A stretch of 64,000 bases of DNA, taken from NCBI RefSeq assembly GCF_006345805.1, contig NC_043001.1:95790001-95854000 (forward strand), written 5' to 3'. A program made the translations under genes and the position numbers. Shown piece after piece: positions 1-13,345 of the stretch. Every line of letters begins with the position of its first letter. Within the stretch, counting starts at the first letter, position 1. The stretch is from Octopus sinensis (taxonomy: Eukaryota). The notes below the pieces were generated by a model. That model ran no database searches. It saw only the letters and a program-made list of their open reading frames with translations, and was not told the DNA's origin.

Positions 1-39
1 ATCTATCAAATAGTTTTCAAGTTATACGATTTTACTCTT

Positions 40-384
40 CACTCTTTTACATGTAGTCATGCTGGAGCACCAGCTTTTAGTCGAGCAAATCGACCCCAGG
101 ACTTATTCTTTGTAAGCCTAGTACTTATTCTATCGGTATCTTTTGCCGAACCGCTAAGTTAGGGGGACGTAGGCACACCAGCATCGGTGGGGGGGGGCAA
201 ATACAGACACACAAACATATACACACGCATACATATATATATATACATAGATACGACGGGCGTCTTTCAGTTTCTGTCTACCAAATCCACTCACAAGGCT
301 TTATTCGGTCCGAGGCTATAGTAGAAGACACTTGCCCAAGATGCCACGCAGTTGGACTGAACCCCGAATCATGTGTTTATATAT

Positions 385-431
<47 letters not shown>

Positions 432-592
432 CGAAGGGGTTTCTTTCAGTTTCCGTCCACCAAATCCACTCACAAGGTTTTGGTCAGTCCGAGGTTATAG
501 TAGAAGACACTTGCACAAGGTGCCACGCAGTTGAACTGAGCCTGGAACCATTTGGTTGGTAAGCAAGCTACTTACCTCACAGCCACTCCTGC
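40..592 (-). mobile_element. tRNA-derived SINE, family 1 (abundant Octopus-type), with duplicated head module
   Basis: The minus strand reads GCAGGAGTGGCTGTGAGGTAAGTAGCTTGCTTACC...GTGTCTTCTACTATA...TTGTGAGTGGATTTGGT..GACGGAAACTGAAAGAA, then (TA/CA)n, a second partial head (253-375) and a tail with CGGTTCGGCAAAAGA..CGATAGAATAAGTACTAGGCTTACAAAG. Homologous copies lie at 16450, 22432 and 52266. Confidence 0.85.
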
Positions 593-3406
593 GACTATAT
601 AAATAATTTCTTACATTACAATCCGTGAAAGTACTCATATACTAAAGTCGGAGATGGAAGCCCTGACCATATTTTTTCAATTGAGATACTATGGCTTTCG
701 CGAATGAAAATTTCATCGAAAAATGCGTCTGTCCAGATTCCATTAGTATATATTCAGCGCGAAACTAAAACTGAATAAATGCGATATATTGTTATACATT
801 TGTTTTCCTTATATATTGCAAGTTTCAATCTAATCGTCCAACTTCATTAAGTTAATTGTTAATTGAACCAAGTGATAATATTTTGCTTTGTTTAAGATGC
901 AGAAAATAATAAATGGTATAATGTTGATCGGTACAAGGAGATGAAATGCTTCGTTTTTCAAGGGATATTCCATCGGATATAACAACATAGCAACAGCTTC
1001 CAGTCTCAAACAAGCTTTCACCGGTGAGAATCAATCGCATTCATTTGTTTTAACACTAAGCCATCAGAACGTTATATGCTACACCTAATAAATAATTAAT
1101 TTTTCACGAATTTTCTTTTACTTCATTTTATAATCCTTGTGCTTAATGAGAAATAACGGTTTCTTTCTCATTTTCTGTGATAAATATAAAAGTTAAATAG
1201 AAAAAGCAAGCAAATTATGTTCTGGTACTTTTTGTTTATTTCTTTAATGTTCATCTGCTAGTTAAATGCAAGCTGAAGCATAACTAAGTAAACTGACTTG
1301 TGTGATTATTAATATCTCAATGCATTTAATGTTTATTTACCGATTTTTCGCTATACCATAATGCTGAATTTTATGATCAATTGCTTCCATAAATATATGG
1401 AAATTAAAATTAATTAAGCTAGAGATTTTATTCAAGTAACTATGATTTATAACAATTTTTTTAACTTTTATATATATATTTAATTTATGAAAGATTTTAA
1501 ATTAGACATTTTTTTTCTTTATTAGTTCTTCCCTATAACTAAATCGGAAGATAATGTAACGTAAAACATAAAGTAAATCAATTAAAGAGATTTAATGTTC
1601 TACGTACATCATGTTCAACATCACGTTATTCATTTATGGAGGATTTGATTGGGTTTTTCTTATATTTAGCCGACTATTTTTTTTCTTGAGAATATAATTG
1701 CTTTGCTTTCAGTAGAATAAATATCGTGACTTTATGATCCGGTCTTGCGTAGAAAAAGAAGAAAAAGACTTATGAAATTATTCATTTATGAATTATTCTC
1801 TTCTATTGTAAGAAACTCTTAATATCCACAACGCTCAATTTAATATATACTGCCGAATATTTTCTATCTACAAGACCTGTTCCATTTGGAGGTTAAACAT
1901 TTTGATCAAGGATTTAATACATAGAAAAATGTGCATAAGTCTTGTTGCAATAAAGATTCCTTCTGTTGTTGGGGAATGTCATGATGAACGTTTTACATAC
2001 ACAACGGTGTTTCTCTTGAAATTACAATTTCCATTCATACAAACAAGCATACAGATACATACACAAACACACACAAACACAAGCACACACGCCTTTATAT
2101 ATGCATATGGTTATATATATATATCTGCATATATATTTATCTTTCTAAATATCTATCTATCTACCTATGCATACGTACGTACACGCACACACACATATTA
2201 CATATGATTATGCGTGTGTGATGCATACATTTGTATGAGTGTGTGTGTGGGAGTGTATATGTATGAATACATACATATTTGAGATAGTTACATAGATGGG
2301 TTGTATTGATGGAAATAGGTATATGGATATACATATAGATATATGTGTGTGTATGGGTGTATGTGTATATATTTATAGCTTTTCCCTACATTCCACTACC
2401 AGCTAAAATGATTTATACGTAATGTACGTTAAAGTTCTGTCCCCTACTTCTAAATATTTCCCACATGATATACATATCGTCTTAAATTGAAGATATGTAT
2501 ATCATGCAACTCTTCTATATCGTAATCGTCCACTGCAACTCGTCATCACATTCTGCAGCTTATATACTCATCGCGTGTATTTTGGCTGCTAAAGAAATCA
2601 AAATGTTTTCCACTTTAATTAACTATATGAAACAGTTTTCTTCCCGAGAGGTATCGTTTATAGTCATAGAAGCATTTAATCTTCTGAATCCTAGGGCCGA
2701 TGTTTATATGTTAATAATCTGTCATTAACTGCGATGCTTCTCACATTCATCAGACAATACGAGATCGGTGAGAGATTAGGTGGACGGAAATTTAAATGCG
2801 CATGTCCGATGCACATACACTCACACACAAACATACTTGAGTGTGTGTGTATATGTGTCTTTGTTTGGGTATGTATCTTTGTCCGTGCGTGTAAGTGCGC
2901 GTGTGGATTTGTGTGTTTGTGTGTGTGTGTATGTCCTTGTGTTTGTGTTTTGCCCCTACTACCACTTGACAACCGTTGAAGGTGTTTATGCGTCCCCAAA
3001 GCTTGCGCTTCGGCAAAAACGATAGATTAAGTTTCAGACTTTCAAAAGAAGTACTCGTATAGATCCATTCATTCGACTGTAGTTTCAATATGGCGCCGCA
3101 GTAGACTGAACAGGCAAAACATACACATTAAAAGGTAACCTAAATCGCATTTTTAATAGCATTTATAACACATAGGACTACTAACATACACGTAGCAAAT
3201 TTTGGTTAGCTTAGTAAATAGCACAGCGCATCTAAATTAAGTAATTACGTCATTTGTGGTTGAATTTATTAGCTATCATTTCAATTAATTTGAGAATAAC
3301 TAACATCTAGCAAACAACATGTCGTTATGTATGGAAATTAACACTAGACAGGTGGAATAATTATGCAATTAATACAACCACTAATCAACAAATAGAAACG
3401 AACCAG

Positions 3407-3458
<52 letters not shown>

Positions 3459-3669
3459 ATCTTTACTACACATTATCTATCCTTCCTTTTCCTTGCAATG
3501 AGGGAAAATGATTTAAAAATTATATACATACATATAATTGTTTTCGTAACGAAGCAGAAAAAATATACGTTTAAATTAATACGTTTAATTAAATCGATAG
3601 ATTTAGCAGCTAGCAAACAGTTTAGAGGGGAAAAACGAAATTCTATAAAATACTTACTAAAATACTTAC

Positions 3670-4700
3670 ACGATTGACCGAGAGTGGGGAGTCGAGAATC
3701 AATCAAACCCAGTCAGCACGGGAATGATCTTGGAAACGAATACGATTATTCATTCGAAGGGCGAACGAAATGCAAACAACTTTGGTTGCAAGCTGTGCTA
3801 TAGAACCTTTGCAACTGTGAGAAGCTTGAAGATACATCAGGGAAAGACTTGTGAGAAGAGGACAGATCAGTGTGGATCATCAGATCGTAAAACACGTGGC
3901 AAATCATCCCCGGACTTAAACCACAGCGGATCGATAAATGCTACAGCAGAGACCTCTTCACCTGATGAAACTACAAGTCATGGAACTGGTGCATCTGATA
4001 ATACTCAGAGGAAACCGAGGGTTTTCTGGCCTGCTGCTAATGAGAAAGTGAAATATAAAGAGATTGAAAACAAAGTTTGTCGGGCTCTTTATAAAATGAC
4101 AGACCCTACAGTGGAGAAACTGGGTAAATTATCAAGCTCAATATACGATATAGGAAAATATTTATTTTGAGTAAAAGAGAATATCCGACTAGAGAAAGGA
4201 AAGTGTGGAGCAAGCCACCGTAACCAGCCGCTGCTACCTCTACATGGGCTAAATCATCTCTCGGGACCTGATATCGAATTCCAGATTGGGGACATCAGGG
4301 AGAGAGAGGTGAATGACTTCGTAAGAAAAGCTAGAGCAAAGAGTGTCCCAGGAGGTGATGGTGTCTCATATAAATAATGTGAAGTCGGATGGGATGTAGA
4401 AGGTTCGTTGGACACAGTGTGAGACGACTGTTGTTATCGCTAGGCCTAAATCATCGTAAAGTCAATACCACCATGACTGATATCCAATCTACAGTGGAGA
4501 AGGCTAGCTACTGGATTTGGTTAAAAAGAGACTATGAGCGATGGCTAGAAAGTTATTGAGCTTAACTTGATAACCAGCTGATCTAGCAAGCGGGGCCTCA
4601 TATCTGTGAGGGGGGCCGGTGCGCATTGATGCCGTCGAGAGGTAGGCCCCGAAACGGCGCGCATTCTCTCCTGATGACCCCATACACTTGCTGGCTTCTG
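3670..4700 (+). mobile_element. Internally deleted HERO-clade (REL-type) non-LTR retrotransposon remnant
   Basis: ORF 3724-4170 has an N-terminal zinc finger (CKLCYRTFATVRSLKIHQGKTC) and a HERO-like RVFWPAANEK motif. 4263-4372 encodes GPDIEFQIGDIREREVNDFVRKARAKSVPGGDGVSYK (pre-RT motif). It then jumps to EVG/CRRFVGHSVRRL and DIQSTVEKASYWIWLKRDYERW*, the REL C-terminus typical of HERO. Boundaries are approximate. Confidence 0.7.
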
Positions 4701-5539
4701 GAATAAGGAGATTTTGACTGGTAGCACTTGCATGTGCAAGTTGTTTGCAGGACATAGTTATATCTAAAAAAATGTATCGATGGTCTTTTTGAAGCCAAAG
4801 GCTCATAAGACTTGCTTCTCGGATTCTGTGGTATATACATAAACTTCAATTGGAAGCCGGTCATCTGCAGGATTATTCATATTTACCAGCTGTGCGCACT
4901 GGAACAACATGAAATGAAGTTTTTTACCGAAAAATAAAAATGCATCTTCCAATGCAAGATTCTGACCACAATCTTACAATCATAAGTGCAACACCCTAAT
5001 CCATAAGTCACCCGCCTCTGCATACACGGACGTAGCGTCTGTACATGATGTACAAATAACTGAAATTGTATACATTCAGGCATTCTTCAGTTATTCTCAC
5101 CAACCAAAATATCGGAACGTATTGCAATGGAATTCTTTACTTTAACACATTTGATTGTGATGCATTAGCACCAGTTATACTGAATAGTACGGAAATAAAA
5201 TTATAGAAAGAATCATATTTACCTATTTGCTCTGTATAAAATTATACTACTGCTATGTTGCTGTGTGCAAAACTTAAAATCGCTTGATATCACTTGATTT
5301 ATACAAATGCTTTGTGTATATGTTACGGTTATAATAGGATTACTGTCTGAATTAAGTGTCGACGTAACATGTTATGGATCGCTGTATATAATGTTAAGAT
5401 AATTTATGGTGTTAAAATAAATATATTATTCAACAATGCATGATATTTTAAATTAGAGGTATGACATTTAACTCTCTCCAGTAGTGGGGTCCTCGTTCCA
5501 AACTTCACGGTTTTCAGGATTGTGGACGACTTCTTACCA

Positions 5540-5960
5540 CTATTGTCCCCATGCCTACTCTGATCTAGAGAAGTAGCTCCTTAACTATTGGTTAACTAGC
5601 AAGACATTTGGGAGTACGAAACTCGTAGACACTAACTAGAAACTACCCGACTAAAAAGGGAAGCCCTGATTCCAAAACTCCACTGCCTTGCAGCTGTACC
5701 TTACCATGGGGAGGGCTTCGTGACAAACCCTAAGGAAAAGTCCGGATTCAGATAACACATCCTCATTCTGGCAACTTCTGCGCTTGTGCTTGTACTAAAA
5801 TGAAATGGCCGTGATGTTCCTCTGGATTCGTCGGTGACGTGAAGAGAAGGAACACTCCACATGGACAGCAGCTTCTCTCCACCGCATCCTCCCCTCTGTT
5901 GGGTACTATTGTGTACCCTATACTGGAAAGACTGTTCCAGTAGACCCGATGCTAGCATTT
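5540..5960. repeat. Degenerate GC-richer repeat, probably non-coding part of an RTE/RTE-X-type element
   Basis: GC-richer island. CCATGGGGAGGGCTTCGTGACAAACCCTAAGGAAAAGTCCGGA resembles RTE-associated UTR sequence recalled from memory. No recognisable ORF. Confidence 0.3.
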
Positions 5961-8689
5961 TCATCAATGGTTATTAAAGACAACTGAAGCCTCCAAATAA
6001 GTCTATGAAGTTATATTATCATTTTGTATATTGCTCAAATCTGAAAAACTGTATACTACAAAAGGACACTGCTGTATGCTTACTTAATTTAGTTTTCTTT
6101 CATATTTGTCGTACCTCATAATTTACAATACTCACATCAAAGTTTATATCCGCTATAGATTTAACTTACTTCGTAATAACGTTTTAAGTTCGCTCAACTT
6201 ATTCCCAGAAAGATTAATTATTTTCTCAATTGAAATTCTGTTTAGAAATAGCAGATATATATTATTTTAAAATGTGATGTGTATTGTCAATTTTGAGCTG
6301 CTGTGTTAATCACATATCTGTACGCTGTATCGTGCTATATTTCTACGAATGGTTTGATATAGTTAGGTACATGGGATTAAAATATATTTGATTAACTTCC
6401 TTATCACAATTTCTAATTAGCTACAGACGATGTTATGAATAAATTTGCATAAAATTTTGGAAACCACCATAGATTGATACTCGTTCAATTCAATGTAAAT
6501 AGCAATTTTGGTTATCTAATCAACTAATAAATCAATTAATGTGTACGGCATTATTAATGAATTAACTAGAAAATTCGATGAATATGTCCTTGGGGTATAC
6601 TTATCGTTTTTCTTTCACGTATACTCGTACATATATATACATACACACACACACATAAAACACGCACGCAGACACAGATGCACACATACACAGATATATA
6701 CTTGGGGACATATGGATGTATATGTATGTATAGGCACACACCTATGCAACAAAATGCTCTCATCATCGTTCGTATTGTAGGAACGATGATGAGAGAATTT
6801 TGTAAAATGAAAAGGTCTAAAGAAAAACAAATATGTATATATCGGGCTTCAAACACTTTTGCTTCCTTGTTTGGCTATCTTATTTCATTTAGATTTGATT
6901 ACCATTGCTTATACTTCATCTCATTTCTTATATCATTCTCCTTTGCTTCCATTTCTTTCCTTTATACCTAGGGGTTTTTATTAGACTTGTCCGTTATTTT
7001 CCCTCGCCATTTTCTGTATTTGAGGCATCGAAACAATGAGTGTATGTATGAATTTCTCAGTGCACGGCGACAAACACTTCACAATCTGAGTAAGAAGCAA
7101 GAAATATCAATTTATACCTAACGTGTCTGCATAAATAATATTGCATTTTGTATTTGCATCATATTATATATCATATGTGTTTACGTGTTTGTATACATAT
7201 CTATGCAAATATCTGTGCATTTTGTTCGCATGTAAGGGCATAAGAAGAGCTTGTGTATAATTTACCTCAATGCAATGAAATTATATTTTCCAACACTAGA
7301 TTCTGATTAGCATACAATAAATTGTATATTTTGTTTCTTGATTGGAGTAACTTACTTGAATGAATAATATACATACTTATGTATACAGGGAAATGCATGC
7401 ACGTTTCAGAGATTTTAAATAGGCATTAAATTGATTCTCATGTTGTAGAAATTCAAAAGGAAAAAATTTCAAAAGAAAACAAAAATCATACGTCAGAATG
7501 ATCCAAAATAAAGGCAAAAAATATAGTCACCCTTACCGTCCACCCAATTCATCCACCAGGCTTGGATGCAATTGATAAAAATACTTTCATTTTGTCTGTC
7601 AACCGCAGATATGACGTCGCCATCACTGCCATACGCATTACAAGCTAAGTGTTTGTTTTCATATTAGGGAACAGATGATTCATTATTACCTTCTTGTTCA
7701 TTGTAATTATAGAAAGATACTTAGATTTTGGAGATTATTTCCCTTGGTTTATTCTTAAATAATTTAAATAATATATTTGTAGAATTTCACAATGTGAACA
7801 TGTATTAATATGCCATCAATTTCTGATAAGTAGCTTAGCACATTAATACAATGTATTTATAGTTTGCACGTGTCGATTTATAAATGTTTACAGATAACAA
7901 TAATTATCGTTACGGAATACATTCTAATTCGGAGATGATGTACGAAATGACGATGTCAGTAAATGTTTAAACAAAGCAGTACAGATATGTAATTATATTA
8001 AACCTCAGCTTAAAGCATTAGTGAAGAAATTAAAGTAGATATAATTGCATTGCCTGCGTAAATGTGACGCATATATGGCAATAAATCACAATGAAGATCT
8101 TGCTATTAATCCCTGGAATAATCTAATAAAACACGCTAAAAAGGAAATGAGGCTGATCAACATAAATATTCTGATGGAAATATATTAAAGATTTGTTTAC
8201 CACAGAAGACTATATAGAATGTATACTGCACATAATGATTTAGTACCAACTTCTACCCAGCGATGTAACTTTCCCTACCCAGCAAGTCATTGTATTTAGT
8301 GAAAGAATATTACGACACATGTGACATATAATTTAAATATATACGATAAATATAAACTTCAGTGAAATTAATTTGATATCGATTTAATATTGAGTTCTAT
8401 GTCGAGCATATTTTTCATTCGTCCGTATATATTTAAGTACTTTAAACGTTGTTCTACTGACTATCAACGTCTTGTCTGTTGCCACTTATGATAGACGAGC
8501 AAAACGCTCCCCTGTCCAATGGACTGTGCTGAGTTGTCAAACAATTAAGCCAAATTTTCTCAAAACAACTTGTCCGACCGTCCGATAAGCCTCCCCTTTG
8601 AGAAACACTGATTTAACATAGATTTGAGACACCAGCAAAAGAAGAAATAAAGTTGTACTTTTTTTTTCTATTCCACAGAAAAACGATTT

Positions 8690-8875
8690 CCCACGGCTTT
8701 ATTGATCGCATTCTCATCTGGAAACGATTTTTGTAATTTTTTCAAGACTTATACACGCCCTGATACCGTTGGTATCTCCATATGATATTTGAGCGCAATG
8801 AGATGGACGATGCCCGAGATCCTAGAAGACACACACACAGAAAGACAGAACGGATTTTATATAAGAGATAATATG
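8690..8875 (+). mobile_element. 3-prime end of DINE-1/HINE-like (Helentron-derived) non-autonomous element
   Basis: Ends in GACACACACACAGAAAGACAGAACGGATTTTATATAAGAGAT, the same architecture (CA-rich microsatellite then TTTTATATA end) as the element at 52547-53165. Confidence 0.4.
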
Positions 8876-9396
8876 TAGCAGATGAGTTTGGGAAGGATTT
8901 TAATTTCCCTTTTAAACAAACTACGCATATGTACAAACATGCAATATTTTAAAGTTCAGCTTCATTCATATGTCAACTTCTATGAATCCTATCGAAATTT
9001 AATCATATATAAACAGTGAATTCAATTAAATATAGCGTTAAATAATTTTAGGCCACCGATTCCTGTAAATTAATTCTAATGAGAAAACATCATTCACCGT
9101 TACGTCAAGATGTCTCCAAACGCGATATTACGAAGAAGTTTTCTATCTGAGAGCGTCTAACCGTTAATAGAATCCGAATGGTGTAAACACGGCCGCATGT
9201 AAAATAAGATAGCTAAATCATGTTACAGTTGAACTGTATACACGTTGTTTAGTCGTCAGAAGGTGCAAGCATAGTTTTATGGTTAGGAGATGGTTCCAAG
9301 TTCAATCATGGTACGAAGCACCTTGAGGAAGTGCTTTTTACAATAGTTTTGTGAGTGGATTTCGTAGACGGGAATTAAAAGAAAATCGTTGTGTAA

Positions 9397-9548
<152 letters not shown>

Positions 9549-10636
9549 AAGTAGTGTGGAGCGACTGACCTCCCTTGTTCGAAGGTTATATGGCAGTCCA
9601 TAAATATAGGACGAAAGCTACTGTTGATTAGCTCCAAGAGGCTAGGGTCTATAATAGAATACAATTTCCGAAAATAGCATACAGTGGAACTGAACCAAGA
9701 CACTTGTGGTTGGAAAGCAATCTTCATACCACACAACCAAACCTACACCTATAAAAAAATTACAAACCCTCTTAATCTATTTTCCAATCTTATTGTATTC
9801 TCATCAGCGATACATACAAACATAGAACAATACTTATTTATACATATCATCACTATTATTCACATAGGGGGCTTGGAAGTCTCATAAGCAATGACTTCTC
9901 CTTCAGATGCAGCAAATAAATATATGTGCGTTTCTTTTTCCTGCGCATTCGTGTGTGCGTATGTGTGTATGTGGTGGGGTGTCTGTTTAATCGTAAGAAA
10001 TGTAAATAAACAAATCGCCGCCAGTCAACTACTTATCTCGAAAAATCTCTCATTTTCAAATGTTTTTCTTGTAGCATTATTCAACTGCTCGATGTTACTA
10101 AGGTAACTGCCAATTATATTGCTTATTAATTTTACAGGACATCAATACAAAAATTTTATGATTCTCTCTGATGGATCCAATCATATCGTTCTTTTTATGT
10201 AAAAGCACAAAATAATACGATTAGAAAAAAAAATTATATTAATACGATTTTATGCATTATTTATATCTAAATATCTAGGCGCATTGAAAGATATAGAAGA
10301 AAGTATTGTTTCAAAGACTAGATTATAGTTACATCTTAATAGATTAACATTCGTTGACTGTCTAAGGGAGTGCTTGAATAGTTATAGGTAAAATCCATGA
10401 AATCACTCCCAAAGGATTCACACGTCCGCACACTCAGGCACATATGCACAAGCGCATATGCATACGCAAATGCATGAATACACGTGCACATTGTATTGCG
10501 TTGGTGCACCAGCAAAGCTCATGAGAAATAACAGATGCAGGTTGCAAATATATGGATGAGTGTACGTTGGTCTACGCGTGTTTATGCGTGCCAGTGTTTG
10601 CGTATTAGTGTGTGTGTTTGATCTATTAGAAATATG

Positions 10637-10671
<35 letters not shown>

Positions 10672-11047
10672 GCGGAGGATTGCCAACTGCATATTTAGAC
10701 ATTTTCAAGTGATTTTCTCTTCTTGTTCAATTGCTTAATGTTACTAAATTGACTGCCAGACAAACTATCAATTACGTAAATTTACAAGACATCTATTGAA
10801 AAATCTCATGATGCTTACAATTGATCAAATGGTACTATTCTCGTTAAGTACAAGCGTATAAACAATACCATTAATATAGTTTAGTAAAAATAGGAATTAA
10901 CATTACGATTGAATGTATTATTTACTTGTAAGCATGATTAAAACGATCATTCATAGACTGAAGCTACTATTTCACTCTTAATAGATTTAATGAGTTAGCC
11001 GAGGGATAGGTCAAATTGCCGTTGGTACACACACCCACACGCATATA

Positions 11048-11243
11048 TACAAGGGGATACTGAAACAGAACCGATGAAGATCAGTTAATTAAGATTTTTT
11101 CAACATGTTCCCCTCTCAGATTCACACACTTATTGCAGAAGTTCTTTACTTTTTCTAACCCCAGTAAATGAACTCGAAATGTTGAGTCTCCAGCCTGGCC
11201 TTTCGCGAGAACCTTGAAGCTAAGATCATTTTAGCACCTCCGA
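11048..11243. mobile_element. mariner-type MITE (same family as 25481-25699, opposite orientation)
   Basis: Termini TACAAGGGGATACTGAAA ... TTTTAGCACCTCCGAC. The interior aligns by eye to the reverse complement of 25481-25699. Confidence 0.7.
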
Positions 11244-11249
11244 CACACG

Positions 11250-11257
11250 TGTATATA

Positions 11258-11345
<88 letters not shown>
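11250..11345. repeat. (TA)n microsatellite
   Basis: Read directly. Confidence 0.95.
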
Positions 11346-11347
<2 letters not shown>

Positions 11348-11610
11348 TATAAGAAGGAGAGGACCATTAAGTGGACATGCAATATGCTAGATATAGATCA
11401 CCTACGATCTAACCACAAAGGAAAAGAATGATCTCTAGAAAAATTCAGCAAACACCAAAACATAAATGAAAATATACAAAATAAAGAATTAATTGCAGAC
11501 TAGCTTCGCCATTAACAGCTTTACTTACGTAACAATGTATGTGGCTCTTCAGTTCGACCGTTCTAATTCAATATAATATGTAGAACTATACACACACACA
11601 CACACAAACA

Positions 11611-11697
<87 letters not shown>

Positions 11698-12305
11698 ATA
11701 TATGTATATATATCAACGAGAACGTGAATGCATTTATGCTCGTAGGAATTCGCATTAAGCGTGGAAGTGAAGGCTTTATGAAAATCGAAATCGGCAGATT
11801 TTAATTGTATATACTTCATGGGCATTTGCTTCGCATGCGTTGACCAAGCATACCAGCACAGTTTGATCACTTTACAAACATGACCCACAGACCTTCATGG
11901 AGAATGTTTGCTACTCTAGAGTATTTTTCACATCATATTTACTAAATATTGATCACGAATCAGAATTTCATTTCACTACATCATAATCTTCACTCTAAGT
12001 TGGTGATAATTTTAAGTTAGTCTGCGCGTTGTATCGGCGGGACATTTCTGGCATTATTTCAGCGCAATTTCCGATCTTGGCATAACTACAGACGGAAATA
12101 GCATTGATATATACACTTACATATAAACATATATACACACACACATGCATGCATATACACGTATACACACACATACAAACATATATGTCAAAGTATATTC
12201 ATATATATATATGTAGAGAGAGAGGGAGAGCGAAGGGAGAGAGAGAGTATTTATATGCATATATACAGATATATATATGTGTGTGTGGGTCTACGTATGT
12301 ATATG

Positions 12306-12343
<38 letters not shown>

Positions 12344-12419
12344 TTGAGAAAGAGGGAGAGAGAGAGTATTTACATGCATATATACAGATATATATGCGTG
12401 AGTGTGTGTGTGTGTACGC

Positions 12420-12473
<54 letters not shown>

Positions 12474-13019
12474 TATATATATTATCATGTGCATTTTGTA
12501 AGTCATGCATGTATATCCATTTATATTCGTATGTGGAGTTCGTTTGTGTATTCGTATTTGTAACTATTCATAGAGCCATAGAATGAATCTTCAGCGTTGT
12601 CTCATTCGTTTACATATTTCTATCATGGAACATACAGAGAAAACGATACATCCGAGATCGAACATATTTTCCAAATCATCTGTATATATATTTTGGAATA
12701 CGTAACCTTGATTATGTTATATTCTGATATATATCGTAATTACAGTACGTGACTAAATTAGAACTGTGTATATTCTAGTTAATGACACTGCTTTGAAAAA
12801 CGAGACCGTGTTGGGGTTTTACCATTTACGTTTTGTTGCTGAATCAGTTTTCTAAATTGTACCAGGGCGCTTATGTTTGGATTGGAAGTCTAACAACTAT
12901 TTCCTCGTACGCTTTTGCTGAGCCACTAATGCAATGGGTTATAAACATACCAGCATTGGTTGTGAAGCGGTGGCGGAGGGACAAACAGAGAGACACAGAC
13001 ACGCACAATGATACACACA

Positions 13020-13022
13020 TAG

Positions 13023-13092
<70 letters not shown>

Positions 13093-13194
13093 TATATACA
13101 TACATATATATATATATACACATATATTCATATATACATACGTATACATATATATATATATATATATATAATACACATATATACATACATATAC

Positions 13195-13249
<55 letters not shown>

Positions 13250-13283
13250 CAGATATATATATATATATATTATATATATATAT

Positions 13284-13324
<41 letters not shown>

Positions 13325-13345
13325 TATATGTATATATATATCCAT
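13020..13345. repeat. Long imperfect (TA)n/(TACA)n microsatellite
   Basis: Read directly. Confidence 0.95.

Noticed and set aside
640-764. Minus-strand frames resembling vWA (FAKAIVSQL) or hemopexin (IWSGLPS) fragments
   Set aside because: The similarity is limited to a few residues, one frame has an upstream stop without an acceptor, and the other has only a weak donor.
963-1023. Possible plus-strand micro-exon GYSIGYNNIATASSLKQAFT with AG/GT ends
   Set aside because: It is 61 bp with no partner exons or recognised domain, and such signals are expected by chance in 64 kb.
4600-4685. Hammerhead-like motifs (CTGTGA, GAAAC, CTGATGA) in the HERO 3-prime UTR
   Set aside because: The core CTGANGA before the GGGGCC/GGCCCC stem lacks A6, no NUH triplet with stem III follows GAAAC, and the downstream CTGATGA has no matching stem II.
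5554-5630. CTGA...GTAGCTCC/GGAGTAC GAAAC motif as a hammerhead or twister ribozyme
   Set aside because: The spacing does not fit CTGANGA, there is no stem I or cleavage triplet, and the twister pseudoknot elements are absent; more likely decayed RTE-type UTR.
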